Assembly (NCBI GenBank): GCA_002245135.1
Contig: NGBS01000033.1
Span: 1-62,680, forward strand
DNA from: Proteromonas lacertae
Lineage: Eukaryota
Length of the DNA: 62,680 nucleotides
Direction: 5' to 3'
Position 1 is the first letter of the stretch, and every line of letters begins with the position of its first letter. A program made the position numbers and the translations under genes. Shown piece after piece: positions 62,038-62,680 of this stretch. The notes under the pieces are model-generated. The model was not told the origin of the DNA. It ran no database searches and saw only the letters and a program-made list of their open reading frames with translations.

Positions 62038-62680
62038 ATGGGTAAGTTTAAAGATTGGTTAAAAAAATCTAAAATTCTATCTAGCGCAGCTAGTTTAATA
62101 CCTTTTGCTGGACCAGCTATTAGTAACAGTATAGAGAATATGGGGTATGGTAAGAGAAGACGTAGAGGTAGGGTTGCAAGACATAGAACATCAAGAGCAT
62201 GTCAATTCACTCCAGATGGTAGATTCTTAGGTGATACTTCATCTATGACTGGTGGTGGAACTGTTAAGTTTAGGACAAAATCTGGTAAAGTTGTTTCATT
62301 TCATACTAGAAAACGGAAGGGAGCTGGTTTAGGTAGTTTGTTTAAGAAAGGATGGAATAAAATAAGAAAAATAGCTACAAAAGACAATCTTATAAGAGGT
62401 ATTGAGAAGCTAAAGAGATAAATAACACTTTAAAAGATAAGAAATATATTAGTGATATATCAGGTAAAGTAGGTACTGTAGCTAATACTCTTGGTTTAAG
62501 TAAAATTGGTGATATAGCAAATAAGATAAGTTCCACTGCTAGTAATTATGGTTATGGAAAACGTAGAAGAAGACATAGGGGAGGTAAAAGATTTTGGACA
62601 AAATGGTGGACTAAAATTAGCAATGAATGGTGGTGCTAAGAGAATTCGTAATAGAGCAATTACTAAAGTACCAAAAAAAT
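62038..62680 (+). pseudogene. Basic Gly/Arg-rich virion core-like precursor, two frameshifts, runs off the edge
   Basis: MGYGKRRRRGR and YGYGKRRRRHRGG repeats, MTGGG, MNGGAKR. Frame breaks at ~62409 and ~62590. Confidence 0.6.

Larger units (their letters stand above)
56300..62680. mobile_element. Endogenous Polinton-like virus morphogenesis block, running off the right edge
   Basis: Intronless cluster of MCP-like, penton-like, cysteine protease and basic core-like genes. Confidence 0.85.

Noticed and set aside
1..62680. One giant Polinton spanning the window and carrying the host genes
   Set aside because: The middle is ordinary intron-containing housekeeping DNA, both viral blocks run outward off the edges, and no enclosing TIRs are visible.

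Overview
Very AT-rich eukaryotic (protist) DNA with tiny GT-AG introns of about 27-36 nt, so many listed ORFs are exons of larger genes. A mastigoneme-type protein, ciliary genes and the short introns suggest a flagellated stramenopile, possibly Opalinata/Proteromonas-like (inference). A compact host-gene island (~14.7-40.3 kb) holds NOP16, CEP104-like, an ODA docking-complex subunit, a giant mastigoneme-family protein, RNaseK-like, KRI1, PTPA, ankyrin, RPL9, Sfi1-like, LRR, CCCH-WD40 and a bacterial-type SMI1/KNR4 gene. The left flank is a decaying Polinton/Maverick-type block (pPolB fragments, rve integrase) followed by a ~1,920-aa spliced Crinkler/RHS-type NTPase-nuclease gene. The right flank has a hAT relic, a second Crinkler/RHS-type gene with the same two modules in swapped order, a dynein heavy chain pseudogene, nested transposon relics and hairpins, and a Polinton-like-virus capsid block (major capsid, penton, adenain-type protease, basic core-like protein with adenovirus-style cleavage sites). 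All family calls come from motif recognition by eye, not from searches.
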